From Macrostomum lignano (lineage: Eukaryota): a stretch of 64,000 bases of DNA. Position 1 is the stretch's first letter. Every line of letters begins with the position of its first letter. The notes under the pieces were generated by a model. The model was not told the origin of the DNA. It ran no database searches and was given only the letters and a program-made list of their open reading frames with translations. A program made the translations under genes and the position numbers. Positions 37,921 to 52,534 of the stretch are shown piece by piece. The DNA lies in contig NIVC01000617.1 in the NCBI GenBank assembly GCA_002269645.1, positions 446,274 through 510,273 of the forward strand, in the 5' to 3' direction.

Positions 37921-38299
37921 AGTTTCCACTCGTAAAACGGCCCGCTGAATAAAGGAGGCAAGCTATACGTAGAATGCACAACAAAATAAAATGCTTAAAG
38001 TTTTACTGCAAGTAGCAATCTTGGAACGTGCATGAAATATATACAATATATATATATACTACAATTGAGTGCAAGCCTAGCCGAATATAGGTTCGCTTAT
38101 CTTATCTGTGGCAATTGTGACAAGAAAATTTCCAGCTAGCTAATGAGACGGATGTTTTTTATTATTGTCAGGTGCCGGGCGCTGGGCGAATCAACGGCCC
38201 GCCTAAATTGGCCCTGCAAGATGAGCAGCAGGACGTGCTATTGAGGCTGGGGGCAGCAGCTCTCGGCCCGGTTCACGTGGCCTGACACTTTCGTCAGCT

Positions 38300-39165
38300 A
38301 GGGAGAGACATCGAGTGAGAGAGAGGAAGAGATTAAGAGGGAGAGAGAAAGCCGGTGAGAGGGAGAGAGAGTCAGTGGGTGAGAGGGAGGGAGACAGAGG
38401 GTGAGAGGGAGGGAGAGACAGCGGGTGAGAGGGAGGGAGAGTGAGTCAGTGGGTGAGAGGGAGGGAGACAGAGGGTGAGAGGGAGGGAGAGACAGCGGGT
38501 GAGAGGGAGGGAGAGACAGCGGGTGAGAGGGAGGGAGAGACTGCGGGTGAGGGAGATACAGCGGGTGAGAGGTAGGGAGAGAGATACAGCGGGTGAGAGG
38601 GAAGGAGACAGCGGGTGAGAGGGAGGGAGACAGCGGGTGAGAGGGAGGGAGACAGCGGGTGAGAGGGAGGGAGACAGCGGGTGAGAGGGAGGGAGACAGC
38701 GGGTGAGGGAGAAACAGCGGGTGAGAGAGGGAGGGAGAGTCAACGGGTGAGAAAGGGAGGGAGAGACTGAGGGAGGGAGAGACAGCGGGTGAGAGAGGGA
38801 GGGAGAGTCAACGGGTGAGAAAGGGAGGGAGAGACTGAGGGAGGGAGAGACAGCGGTTGAGAGAGGGAGGGAGAGACAGCGGGTGAGAGAGGGAGGGAGA
38901 GTCAACGGGTGAGAAAGGGAGGGAGAGACTGAGGGAGGGAGAGACAGCGGTTGAGAGAGGGAGGGAGAGACAGCAGGTGAGAGAGGGAGAGACAGCGGGT
39001 GAGAAAGGGAGGGAGAGACTGAGAGAGGGAGAGACAGCGGATGAGAGAGGGAGGCAGAGACTGAGAGAGGGAGAGACAGCGGGTGAGAAAGGGAGGGAGA
39101 GACTGAGAGAGGGAGAGACAGCGGGTGAGAGAGGGAGGGAGAGACTGAGAGAGGGAGAGACAGCC
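38300..39165. repeat. GA-rich minisatellite
   Basis: GAGAGGGAGGGAGAGACAGCGGGT variants. Confidence 0.92.
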
Positions 39166-39639
39166 GGGGAGTGCGAACAAGAAACACAGGCCTTGAATTG
39201 TAACTTTCAATTTAGACCACATTTCGCGAGCGAGATTAATAAATTTTGTCCAAACAAGCCGCAGCCCAGCTCTGCTCTTATTGGTCCACCAACCATGGAG
39301 TCTGCAGTGCCCCCGATAAGCGGCACAGTGCAGGCAGTTGCCTATATTTTTCATTTTTACTCTGAAAAGCCTCTTTTAGGCCATTTTTATTACTCTGCAT
39401 TTTTCACTGACTCCTAACTACGTACCTTAATAACTCAATCTCAAATCTGCAAAAGTAAGTTAAAGGTAAAGGTAAGTTGGCTTTATTTGTAACTGCCTGA
39501 AAATTAAGGCGACAGCGGAGATAGGCAGGCTTTAAGTAAAGTTCACTGATTGCTGAGCACTGAGCACTTAACTCACAGCTGCACTGACTTTCAGGGCATG
39601 TACGCACAATTGAGTCTTGTGTTGGCTCTCGTGGGCCAG

Positions 39640-40622
39640 CGTAGCTACCTCACAAGCTACCTCACAAGCTACTTCACAAGCTACCTCACAAGCTACCTCA
39701 TCAGCTACCTCACAAGTTACCTCATCAGCTACCTCACAAGCTATCTCACAAGCTACCTCATCAGCTACCTCACAAGCTACCTCACAAGCTACTTCACAAG
39801 CTACCTCACAAGCTACCTCACAAGCTACCTCATCAGCTACCTCACAAGCTACCTCACAAACTACCTCACAAGCTACTTCACAAGCTACCTCACAAACTAC
39901 CTCACAAGCTACTTCATAAGCTACCTCACAAGCTACTTCACAAGCTACCTCACAATTTATCTCACAAGCTACCTCACAAGCTACTTCACAAGCTACCTCA
40001 CAAGCTACCTCATGAGCTACCTCACAATTTATCTCACAAGCTACCTCATGAGCTACCTCACAAGCTACCTCACAAGCTATCTCACAAGCTATCTCACAAG
40101 CTACCTCACAAGCTACCTCACAAGCTAACTCACAGGCTACCTTACTAGCTACCTCACAAGCTACCTCACAAGCTATCTCACAAGCTACCCCACAAGCTAC
40201 CTCACAAGCTACCTCACAAGCTATCTCACAAGCTACCTCACAAGCTACCTCACAAGCTATCTCACAAGCTACCTCACAAGCTATCTCACAAGCTACCTCA
40301 CAAGCTACCTCACAAGCTATCTCACAAGCTACCCCACAAGCTATCTCACAAGCTACCTCACAAGCTATCTCACAAGCTACCTCACAAGCTACCCCACAAG
40401 CTACCTCACAAGCTACCTCACAAGCTATCTCACAAGCTACCTCACAAGCTACCTCACAAGCTATCTCACAAGCTACCTCACAAGCTATCTCACAAGCTAC
40501 CTCACAAGCTACCTCACAAGCTATCTCACAAGCTACCTCACAAGCTATCTCACAAGCTACCCCACAAGCTATCTCACAAGCTATCTCACAAGCTACCCCA
40601 CAAGCTATCTCACAAGCTACCT
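39640..40622. repeat. 12-bp minisatellite
   Basis: AGCTACCTCACA units. Confidence 0.97.
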
Positions 40623-41093
40623 ACATGGCGCTTTAAAAGCTTTAAAAGAAAATTTCTATGCGCCTTAAAGATTTCCATAGCCAGCCTCAAACAAAGCTCA
40701 TCTCAAGTACCCCAATCGGACTGATTATATTTGCAAATTTCATGACCATCTGTAGTTAAATCTTTAGGAAAGAATTCTACCGTCCGTCCATCAATGGAGT
40801 TAATTTTTCAAGCCTTGTGAGGGAGCAGATGCAATGCTGGCTTAGAAATAAATAAATGAAATAAATAGAGAATATCCTATAGAAGACACAGAAGACACAG
40901 ACACAGGAGCTTAAAGCAACGAGGGAAGAGGGAGGGGGAGTGCAGTCTGACACTTGCGTGTGAGCCTGGGCCACCTGCTGCCCATGCAGTGCTGCTTCAC
41001 GTATTTGTGCTCGAGTCCCAGAAGTTAGGCCACTGTGCTTTTGCAAATCTGCGGATATGAAAGCTATAAGCTTAAGGATGGATTAGATTAAAT

Positions 41094-42511
<1,418 letters not shown>

Positions 42512-43407
42512 AGTTTGCAATGCACAATGCCCTATATCTATTAGAGCCAAAGCACTTAGCGGTTGAGAGCCCCTATCAAAGGGGTGTTTTATCCATAATG
42601 CTAGTTAATACAGTAATAAACCCAGTTTCATTGATCTACATTCTGCGGCAACACTTCCGTCATCCTTGAGCCGTCAGAGCCGTGAACTGTGAACTGTAGC
42701 TGGATAGAGACTCAGCTGATTTATGCTGCTCACGTCTTCTTTCACTATATTTCGACTTTTTCTGGTTTTTGTGTGCCCTGGTGTAGACAGAACACAGAAT
42801 AATCTCAGCTGATCCAGCGAGCAGAGGACTAATCTTCATTCCCTGTTCAATAGGCTGAGGCTCTTTCTCTAAACTCTAGATATGAAATCGATTTTGCTCA
42901 AACTATGGTCATATAAAGCTCTATTAGGTCCAACACGAATTGAAAAAGTTGAAGTTGTTCAACAAAGGAAGGCTTTTCGAGACATAATGAGACATGCTAC
43001 AGACAGACAGACAGACTTAAGTTATTAATAATCAGTTACTGTTAATTAAACATATTTATACAGCCAAGTCCAAACCTTTGTCCACTTAATAAAATCTTCT
43101 ACAATTAAATCAATATAGCTGTTCCTGCTCAATACAAAGCTGAATATAAAAAGCAGAACGTTTAATAACACACAGAATGCAATTTAGGCACAGAATTTAG
43201 ACATTGTGTACATTTTTCTGTTTAACTACGTGGATTTTACTCAAGCCAAGTTAAATTCGTGATCTAGTTTAGTTTGTTTTACCTATTAGAGGGCAACTGC
43301 CGCGAATCTAAAAGCGAAAGTCGACCCGCAGACAGCAAGGAGGTAACAAGCGTTCAGGCACATGCTCACTCAGGGTGCATGAAAAAGAGCGCGCATTAAA
43401 ACGCGTA

Positions 43408-43892
43408 TCTAGTATCGAGGCGCCAGATCTAGTATCGAGGCGCCAGATCTAGTATCGAGGCGCCAGATCTAGTATCCAGGCGCTAGATCTAGTATCGAGG
43501 CGCTAGATCTAGTATCGAGGCGCCTGATCTAGTATCCAGGCGCCAGATCTAGTATCAAGGCGCCAGATCTAGTATCGAGGCGCTAGATCTAGTATCGAGG
43601 CGCTAGATCTAGTATCGAGGCGCTAGATCTAGTATCGAGGCGCTAGATCTAGTATCGAGGCGCCTGATCGAGTATCGAGGCGCTAGATCTAGTATCGAGG
43701 CGCTAGATCTAGTATCGAGGCGCTAGATCTAGTATCGAGGCGCCAGATCTAGTATCGAGGCGCCAGATCTAGTATCGAGGCGCTAGATCTAGTATCCAGG
43801 CGCCAGATCTAGTATCAAGGCGCTAGATCTAGTATCGAGGCGCTAGATCTAGTATCGAGGCGTCAGATCTAGTATCCAGGCGCCAGATCTAA
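43408..43892 (+). repeat. 20-bp array, left arm of an inverted pair
   Basis: CTAGTATCGAGGCGC(C/T)AGAT units; the reverse-complement array is at 51625-52172. Confidence 0.95.
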
Positions 43893-45511
43893 TACCGCTG
43901 TCTCATTTCCATTCGTGCCGTACAAAACACCAGCTTCTGCTAAGGCATCATATCTCGAACACTTCGCGAGCGGGAATCGCACGACAGTCCTTCCCCTGCT
44001 GGCCAATGTACGAGAGCTGCATAATTAATGCGGCTACAGTCGCAGGGAATCGAGCTCGGGTGCCTTCCTTCCTTATTGATTTTTAGCCAGCAGCAATGCA
44101 TTCTAGAACCTCATTAAAATTTTTAATAAAAAAGTCGCCTTTCTCTTCAACAAGTGCAAGCGTCAGATTACCATCCATTGCATCGGCGCTAAACATGGAT
44201 TTTGTTTAAATGAACACGCCCATTTTCACTGCGCATTGCATTTTGAAACCGCAATTGCATTAGGAAATCTATAACTACCAAATTTTTAATAGAATTTCTA
44301 GACTTGGGAGTTCATCCGAAGCTCTTCACTTACAATATAGACTGGGTCTTAACAATGTGCCTGGAGTTGCGTTGCAGTGGCTTGAATTAAAAATATGCTG
44401 AATGCAGTTGAGATCGGTTCGACCCACTAAAAACGGGTTATCGGATTGACATCGGAATCTGGCCGGATTTTAGCAGGGCAATCGGAATCTGGTGGAACTA
44501 GATTTGCAAGCAAAAAAACGATGAAAAATGTGCTCCAATGACATCCAAAAACTACACAAAGTATTTCCTGGCTTTCTTTGCTTCTCGGAAGCACCCCGGA
44601 AACATACCGGAATATGAGGCTCCATATTCCGACCGGAATTTACACTGCACCCGAGCCGTCACTTTCCGACAATAATTTTGAACGCAAGCTTCGCAAAAAT
44701 ATCAGCATACTTATCAACTAGTATGATGACTGTCCACTTTGAAGAAAAAACTCTTTTAGACGGGAATTCTGCGCCCTCGCAATTTGCAAGAAGAACAGCT
44801 AGCAAGCTTTGTTTTACGCGATCAAGTGTTGAAGCTATTGACCAGTTTAATTTGCACACTTCCATTTTCACTAATTTGCGCTCGCTTGGAACATCAGCTC
44901 TTTTGAACACAGCTCCTTTAGCCAACACAGGACAGTGAGACCACAACTTTGAACTCTCTGCAACTTCATCTGTGGTTACACGCAAATACTATACTAGTAT
45001 GCTACTCCTTTCGTTCATTTAGTGCATTTCTTTAGTCTCCTATTATCTTGTATGCTTGAATTTTTTACTGGCGGACTATATAATCGCTAATTTCAGTAAT
45101 AAAATATATTATTATTGTTTATTTGTGATAACAGCTAGCCAAAACTATTATACTATACCTAAAAAGAACAATTTGGTATACTGCAATACTGCATAGTGAG
45201 TTTTGACCATAGTGGCACTTGCAGAAGCTTATTAATATTTGAGTACAGTATATGATAGGCACCAATTGTCCAGCTATACATAATATATACTGACATTGTA
45301 CTATACTCATAGCCAGTTTCAATTCAGACCATCGCAAAGTAGTAAACAAGGGCCAATTCTATAAATTCTATCTAGTGCTAGTCCTAGATTTCTCATATTG
45401 AAAGAGACTGCAAATTAAAATAATTGACTACATTGTGTACTAAAAACATATAAGGCAAAAGCTAGTTCTAATAATAAATAAGTATTGTCATTTATTGATT
45501 AATTTGATTTA

Positions 45512-47422
45512 ATGGCTTTGCCAAGTCGTGCATCAAATAGACAGGTAGCCAGGGAAATGCAAGAAATACTACAAGAGCTTCCGACGATTGGGGCTACAAA
45601 TATTGAGGCTAGGCTAGATCTAGAAAATGTGATGGGACAAAATGAAGATACAAAGAGCAATGCTGAGCCTGAAGAGACATTCTTTGATGCAGTGGGTCCA
45701 ATGCCAATGGACTTTGATAGCCAAATGCATGCTCTTTTTGAGGAAGAAATGGATGAAGAAGTTGAAGAACAAGATGACTCTCTTGGCTATAATAGACCTC
45801 CGCCACTTACTTTGGTGCAAGAGTTACTATTGTTTTACATAACATTCAATATTACTAGTGCTGCCATGAATTACCTACTTCGGCTTTTGGCTCGTTTCTT
45901 CACTGACATACCCACTTCTGTCTACATGCTTAAGAGGCAGTGTCCAAGCACAGAGATCACGAGGTTCAATGTCAATAATGGTCATGTTGCCTTTCTCTCC
46001 ATTGTGGACAATTTGAAATTTTTACTTGATTCCAAAATCCTTACAATTCCATCTGGAATTACAAACTTCTTTGTTTCCTTAAGGGTAAATGTTGATGGTC
46101 TTCCTTTATTCAAGTCATCTAGAATCAATCTTTGGCCTATATTGATGCTAGTAAATAATTGTTTTAGACCTGTGCCATTTGGCCTTTTTTGTGGCATTGG
46201 AAAGCCTGACCTACATGTCTTCTTAGAAAGGTTTTGTTCTGAAATTGCAGGTCTACAGAATGGTTTTGACTATAATATGAAAAGAATTTTTATTAAGTCA
46301 ATTGTCTTTATCTGTGACACACCTGCTAGAAACTTTATTCAATGTTTGAAAGGTCATTCCAGTTATCTTGGCTGTAGTTGGTGTCGTCAAGTAGGAAATT
46401 ACACAGGTGACAGAATTTGTTTTTCTAATACCATTGCAGAGGCTCGAACAAATCAAGATTATGAACAAGGGCGTGAAAATAACCAACTTGGTATTTCTCC
46501 ACTAGCCAGGATTGTTCCAATGTATTCCAATTTTGTACCCGACCCAATGCATATTGTCTACTTAGGGGTTGTAAAGAAGTTGCTCAAATTTTACTTCCTT
46601 GGAGCAAAGCACATTCGACTTGCTTGCAAGTTGTCATCCCAATTAAAAGAGGAAATAAATAGAAAAATAATGTATATTAAGGAATTTGTTCCTTCAGATT
46701 TTCAAAGACGGCTTCGCACTTTTGCTGACATTGAATACTTTAAAGCAACGGAATTCCGCCAATGTCTTTTGTACTTTGGTCCGTTCCTTTTTAAGAATAC
46801 CTTGCCAAAGGTCTACTTTAATCATTATCTATTATTGCATTGGTCAATTTCAGTCCTTAATTCACCTGAGTACTGTGAAATTTATTTTGATGCTGCTGAG
46901 GCTTGTTTGAAAAAGTTTGTTGCTGAGGCACCAAGCCTATATTACAACAGTGTAGTTTCTTATAATTGGCATGCTCTGTTGCACCTTCCTGAGTTTGTGC
47001 AAATGTATGGCCCACTTGACACGTTTTCAGCTTTCCCTTTTGAAAACTACTTGCAATTGATCAAGAAGAGAATTCGTTGTACCAATCATGTTTTTGCCCA
47101 ATCTGTCAACCAGTTGTTGAATGTGAGATTTTTATATTCTAATGACAAGTTGGGTGACATTGGTTTTACTAATAAGAGTCCTAATAACTGTGCTATTGTT
47201 GATGGAAAGGTTGTCATTGTCACCAATTTAAATGATGGTCTTATTTCAGGCCAGGTTCTCACATTTGATAGAAGCCTTTATTCCTATCCATATCCATCAA
47301 AATCAATTGGCATAGGCTACTATAAGCATTCAAAGACATTTGTATCCAACTTGCAACCTTCTAAGAAGGCCATTCTAATTCCCTTTGGCGGAGACTATCT
47401 GGTCATTCCTTGCATCAAGTAA
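45512..47422 (+). CDS. EnSpm/CACTA-type transposase
   Basis: NVDGLPLFKSS..LWPI, FICDTPAR..GH..Y.GC..C, DPMH...LGV, KATEFR..LLY.GP, YNWHALLH....GPL..FSAFPFEN. Confidence 0.93.
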   Translation: MALPSRASNRQVAREMQEILQELPTIGATNIEARLDLENVMGQNEDTKSNAEPEETFFDAVGPMPMDFDSQMHALFEEEMDEEVEEQDDSLGYNRPPPLTLVQELLLFYITFNITSAAMNYLLRLLARFFTDIPTSVYMLKRQCPSTEITRFNVNNGHVAFLSIVDNLKFLLDSKILTIPSGITNFFVSLRVNVDGLPLFKSSRINLWPILMLVNNCFRPVPFGLFCGIGKPDLHVFLERFCSEIAGLQNGFDYNMKRIFIKSIVFICDTPARNFIQCLKGHSSYLGCSWCRQVGNYTGDRICFSNTIAEARTNQDYEQGRENNQLGISPLARIVPMYSNFVPDPMHIVYLGVVKKLLKFYFLGAKHIRLACKLSSQLKEEINRKIMYIKEFVPSDFQRRLRTFADIEYFKATEFRQCLLYFGPFLFKNTLPKVYFNHYLLLHWSISVLNSPEYCEIYFDAAEACLKKFVAEAPSLYYNSVVSYNWHALLHLPEFVQMYGPLDTFSAFPFENYLQLIKKRIRCTNHVFAQSVNQLLNVRFLYSNDKLGDIGFTNKSPNNCAIVDGKVVIVTNLNDGLISGQVLTFDRSLYSYPYPSKSIGIGYYKHSKTFVSNLQPSKKAILIPFGGDYLVIPCIK

Positions 47423-48123
47423 ATCAAGTTATTTGCCTGAAGTCCATCGTCCATAATTGTGTCTTGCCTAAGTTGTTTACAAATGTAATTGTGTATACAG
47501 TCAGCAAATATAATTTAATTAGGTCTAGAATAAAAAAATATATAATTCCATATATATTATATAATATTGAAGTAGTATAGCCATTATAGCCATTAACAAA
47601 CTAAAGCATTTGTTCGGATCATGGTATGAAATAAGATGATCATTATTATTTTTATTATTATTATTAATTAATTTTATTACAAAAAACAATTATTATTGTT
47701 TTGTATAATTTCTATGCTTTATTATAACCTTCCTAAGTGCTTGCAAATATGAGTACGTATTATTTAAGTAATGTGTCCTTCAATGTGAATGTCCTAGTCA
47801 GACTATTTATGATTTTTGTGGCAGAATTCTAGTGTAAATGTATTTTGACAAGTTGTCTACTAGTAAGTTAGCAAGTAGCAATAGGCCCCTATGAACAATT
47901 CAATAAACATTTTTTGTGTATCCTCTAAATTTGTAACTCACTTGTTCCAATGGAATAATTACATGTTATGTGCCATATTATGCTGTAAAAACTTTAGTTA
48001 CTGCTTGGCCAACATTACACCACAATGAGTAAATAGTCCTTCTTAGTACATGCAGTGTCTTGTGCAGTTGCTAAATCATTAAATAATAAAACTTTAGTTC
48101 AGTAATCTTGTTGCAGTGACTCA

Positions 48124-50634
48124 ATGAAGTTTATTGTGTATTTTACCTCTGACTATGAAGTAATAGAAGCTGATGAGGAAGATTGCCTTCTTGGCTCTTT
48201 TACTAAGTGGACTATTGAGCAATGGAGGCAAGTGGACAAACTTGAAGAAGTTCATATTCAGGTAATATATAATGACAAGTTGGAAGATTGCATTGTTTTG
48301 CAAGTTGTTCCACATGCCTGTGACACCAGTGACACTGTTGCCATGCTACGAGCTGTGGTCAAAGAGAAGCACTATCGTCCAAGCAAGCTACTAAAGATTC
48401 TGCCAGATCGTGTTCGATCCAACAAAAGACAGACATTTCCTCCTATGAAGAATCTTGAGACAGACAATGATGCAACAGATATTGATGCTGTAAGTATAAT
48501 GTAAAATAATATTTAATTTAATATTTAGTATACAACTAAGGTCTGCCACGTGCGTTAATATAAAATATAAAATAATATAATTGTAGGTTGCTGATGCAGC
48601 CAGCCATGGACAAGCCAACCGGGGTCCCACACAGAGAAGTGAATCATTGTCTGGGTCTTCTGGTGTTGTTTGCCTCCCTCCACTGCCAACTCTGCAAGCT
48701 TCGGGAATTGCAGAAGTACGTGCTTACATTTGTGTCTATTTAAAAATGTCAAGCATTTATAGTCTTTATGTATTCATGCATTTGGAGTACAGTATGCTTA
48801 TTAATTTCAAATTATTGCACTTGGCAGTTTGCCAGACATATTACAAAATGATTGAGACAGTTTTAATAGTTTGGATTTTATTCTTTTCTTTAATTTCTCT
48901 AATCTAACACTGTCTTCACCTCACCCCAATGCCAGGCTAGCGTGACGGCTTGTTGTCACACATCACATTGTTATGTTTATATCTATACACCTCTGTTATG
49001 TCTGCATCATCTCATTCAATGCGTGTATGGTTACTGTTGAGTATATCATTTCTCCTACTATGTTACAGATTAACGTGCTGAGAAAAAAATTATCTATTCT
49101 AATCATTTCTTTACCAACCCAGGCCTACGACGGCACAATGGCGCAGAGCACTGTCAGGAAACTTCAGAACCGCACCTCCATGGCACCTCCACCAGAACCG
49201 CAGTCGATCGACAGCCCAGCCTTTGAGCGACTGCACCCTCAAGCAGCTCTCAATTCGTCTGGAAGCTCGACGCCTACTCGACACCCGTCTAGGCAGTTTT
49301 CGTGCACTCCAACTTCAGCCCCAAGAGCCAGCTTCTCGCGCGAACAGCTGCGACAGCCTGCGCAGGTAATTTGTAAAACTCGTTTCATGAAGTCTTGCAA
49401 CAGTTTTTTTCAGAACTTGCCACGGTTTCTAACGAAAATTTAATCCACAGTTTTCAGCTCTGCCTCAGCTGGAAACGCAAGCCAGAAGCCAGGTTGAGGC
49501 TTGTGGGTACACGTGGGGATCTGTTGAAGGTAATGGAGTTATTGTTATTGACGCTGAGATAGCAGTAGTTGACAACAGCCGCAAAATGTAACTGGTGACC
49601 AGCGCACACTCGTTGCTTGAACAGCTAGGTGGATGAAATCGACAGCGTCTAGCTTGGAACTGGCACGTAAATTGAAGTTAATTTACTATGCAACTTTCAA
49701 CTCATTATTCAGGGCTCTACTGTCTGCAGCTCTTGAGCATTCGCGAACTCATGAAGCTAAAGGCCACGATTGAGTCGTCCAGTCTCCGGGGAGCTGCTGC
49801 GGCACCCACGCTCGAAATTCCATTCGGGCTTCCTGTCGCAAACGAGGCCGACCTCAACAGTGCAGTCGAGAAGATTTCTGCCAGTGCGGAGGCCAAGACT
49901 GCGCTGGTTAGTTAATATCTTATGAGCATTTCTCTTACTATTAAACTTCCACCATGCGTTCGGAACTTCGGTACTGTAGACTCGGGGAAATGGTCCAGAC
50001 GCTTTCATGTGTGAATTTTAGACTTCGTTCATTCAGAAAAAGTGCCTGGGCCCTTCTGTGACTCAGTCTGTTCGCTATGCGATGAACGAGCTTCTGGCGC
50101 GAGACTTCCAGCAGCGCTTCAATCGCACTGGCGGCAAGGATGCCCGAGGCCGTGGCCAACAAGAGAACTCCAAGATGTCTTTCGACAAGTGCTTTGGAGG
50201 GATTGTGAAGGGTAGGTTATGCTTTACTGTCGCATATGTACCAATTACCAGAGTTGATTCTTAATAGTGATATCAATAGTGATATACTGTCTGATACAAC
50301 GTACTGATAAATGTACGGGGTGGGTACTGCCATAACCATACGTATTCATGCCGTAATTCATACATGTATTTCTCTCAGGTCAACAGTTGTGGACTTGACA
50401 ACCTGCTTATGTTGTGATTGTCAAATTTCAGACGCGTTGGGCTCTTCATTTACGCTGCACGACATCAATAAGGCAATCGAACGGTTCTTCGATGGCGTCC
50501 GGAAGCGTCGAAGCCACGAGGGATCAGCTGAATCGGACGTGGCCGGCGGGCATGGCGCCCCCACTCCAAGCAGGCGTCGCTCGACGATGCGAGTGCAACG
50601 CATATCCGACAGCACTGACGAGGAAAATATGTAA
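48124..50634 (+). CDS. Spliced accessory gene, DUF4806-like C-terminus
   Basis: Phase-consistent GT-AG exons at about 48124-48489, 48587-48715, 49123-49365, 49451-49529, 49713-49906, 50037-50211 and 50432-50634; exons 4-5 are the least certain. The C-terminal pattern (LP....DL...V..I / SVRYAMNELL...F..RFNRTG / K.SF / INKAIERFFD) resembles DUF4806. Confidence 0.72.
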
Positions 50635-51624
50635 CTTGGTGGCATAGTAAAAAATTGTCCCTTTCGTCGAAACTTCGCGCTAACTTAAATTTTAACTGCT
50701 CCGAGACCGAAATGCTAGTGTAGTACAACTGGGTTTGAAGGCCGCGAATTTGAACAGTTTCACTACAGCAATTTAACGTCTTCAGTTCACTCGCAGCGCA
50801 GCGCCTTACAATTGTTCACTCGATTGCAGCGCGCTTTTCAAACTGGTGCGATTATATTTTAATTAGACAACGATTAAAATAATTTATAATTAATATTTGC
50901 TTTATTTTCAAGGGTCAAAAAAGTAGAAATTAATAACATAATAATGCTATTTGCAATTGCTATAGTTACTATATAGCAACAATTAAATATTTAGTGCAAT
51001 TTTAACAGAACATTTTCAGCCGCACTACACTAGGCCTAATCAAATTGACCTAACAACTATAAAATACTTGTCGAACTGTCTCCAACCTGCACCCTATTAG
51101 TGACTGCTTTGGTGGCCCACCACGCGTTGCTGCAATGTTCTATTTTGTAAACACTAAATAAACACTTATTATTCCTTTCCATCTGCTGCCATTGAGCAAT
51201 TTTGTATTTGATGTAAAATGATGCACACCCGGTCTTTGTGTCATTGAATTTTCAGACGGGATCGGGCTGTCTAAATGTACATGCGTGACTGCGTGTACAC
51301 TGATCTTCGGCTACATTGTAGCACATGCATGTTTGTACTCGCTTTGTGCTTCGTCATTTATATCAGCTCGGAAAGTGAAACGAAAAGCTCTGGATGAGTC
51401 CGATCGTCAAATCCGATCAGAATCCGAATGGATTTCCCGGGACAAATTTCCACTCGGTTTCCGAGCTGCATTTCCGATCGGAATCCGACCAAGCTTTTTT
51501 AGTGGGGAGTGCCTGCATCGGTTGGAGTGGATATCATGTGAATTTCTTTAAAAGGATTGTACCTCTCAGGGTAATTGAGAAATTCTATGCTTTTTGGGGA
51601 CGGATTTGTCTCCCAAATAACGCC

Positions 51625-52172
51625 CCTCGATACTAGATTTGGCGCCTCGATGCTAGATCTGGCGCCTCGATACTGGATTGGGCGCCTTGATACTAAATTC
51701 AGCGCCTAGATATTAGATCTGGCGCCTTGATGCTAGATGTGGCGCCTCGATGCTAGATCTGGCGCCTCGATACTAGATCTAGCGCCTCGATGTTAGATCT
51801 AGCGCCTCGATACTGGACTGGGCGCCTCGATAGCTCGTACTAGATCTGACGCCTCGATACTAAATCTGGCGACTCGATACTAGATTGGGCGCCGCGATAC
51901 TAGATCTGGCGCCTCAATACTAGATCTAGCGCCTTGATACTAGATCTAGCGCCTCGATACTCAATCTAGCGCCTGGATACTAGATTTGGCGCCTCGATAC
52001 TCAATCTAGCGCCTGGATACTAGATCTAGCGCCTCGATACTAGATCTGGCGCCTCAAAACTAGATCTAGCGTCTTGATGCTAGATGTGGCGCCTCGATAC
52101 TAGATCTAGCGTCTAGATTCTAGATTTAGCGCCTCGATACTAGATCTGGCGCCTCGATACTAGGTCTGGCGC
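51625..52172 (-). repeat. 20-bp array, right arm (inverted relative to 43408-43892), cut by the Polinton
   Basis: CGCCTCGATACTAGATCT(G/A)G units ending abruptly at TGGCGC|AGTAGT. Confidence 0.93.
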
Positions 52173-52437
52173 AGTAGTGGAGAAAAAGACGAGTACAGAC
52201 CCAGAGCACTTTTTTAATGACCGTTTTAAGGGTCTAGAGGGGGGACACGGGGGGTAAATAAAAAAAACACATCTAATCACCATTAACACAAAAAGACATC
52301 TAAAAACCCCCTAACAATAAAAATCATTCCCAACACTTCCAAACACTCCCCAACACTCCCCTCGCGTCCCCCCTCTAGAACCTTATAAACGGCCATTAAA
52401 AAAGGTCTGATCTGTACTCGTCTTTTTCTCCACTACT
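52173..52437. repeat. Terminal fold-back: 27-bp perfect, ~80-bp imperfect inverted repeat
   Basis: 52173-52199 AGTAGTGGAGAAAAAGACGAGTACAGA is the exact reverse complement of 52411-52437; similarity extends to about 52255 and 52355. Confidence 0.92.
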
Positions 52438-52534
52438 ACACATCCCAACACTCCCCAACACTTCTAACACTTCCAATTCTCTATAACCCCTCGCCCGCGC
52501 CGCAGGCGCGAAGGGTCTTTTTCTGTTATAAAAA

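Larger units (their letters stand above)
44423..51506 (+). mobile_element. CACTA/EnSpm (CMC) DNA transposon, 7084 bp
   Basis: Ends CCCACTAAAAA / TTTTTAGTGGG with imperfect TIR similarity (TCGGATT...ATCGGAA); GA on both flanks (44421-44422, 51507-51508) fits a 2-bp TSD; transposase plus accessory gene. Confidence 0.88.

Noticed and set aside
38170-41050. GC-rich patches at ~38170-38285, ~39240-39330 and ~40940-41040 as host exons
   Set aside because: Short, with no recognisable motif and no consistent splice-phase chain; cannot be supported without RNA data.
43408-43892. 20-bp arrays as CACTA subterminal repeats
   Set aside because: They lie outside the TIR/TSD-defined ends at 44423 and 51506.
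52173-52437. An independent 265-bp MITE
   Set aside because: The flanks do not form a TSD, and the C/A-rich spacer motifs continue past 52437 into the Polinton.
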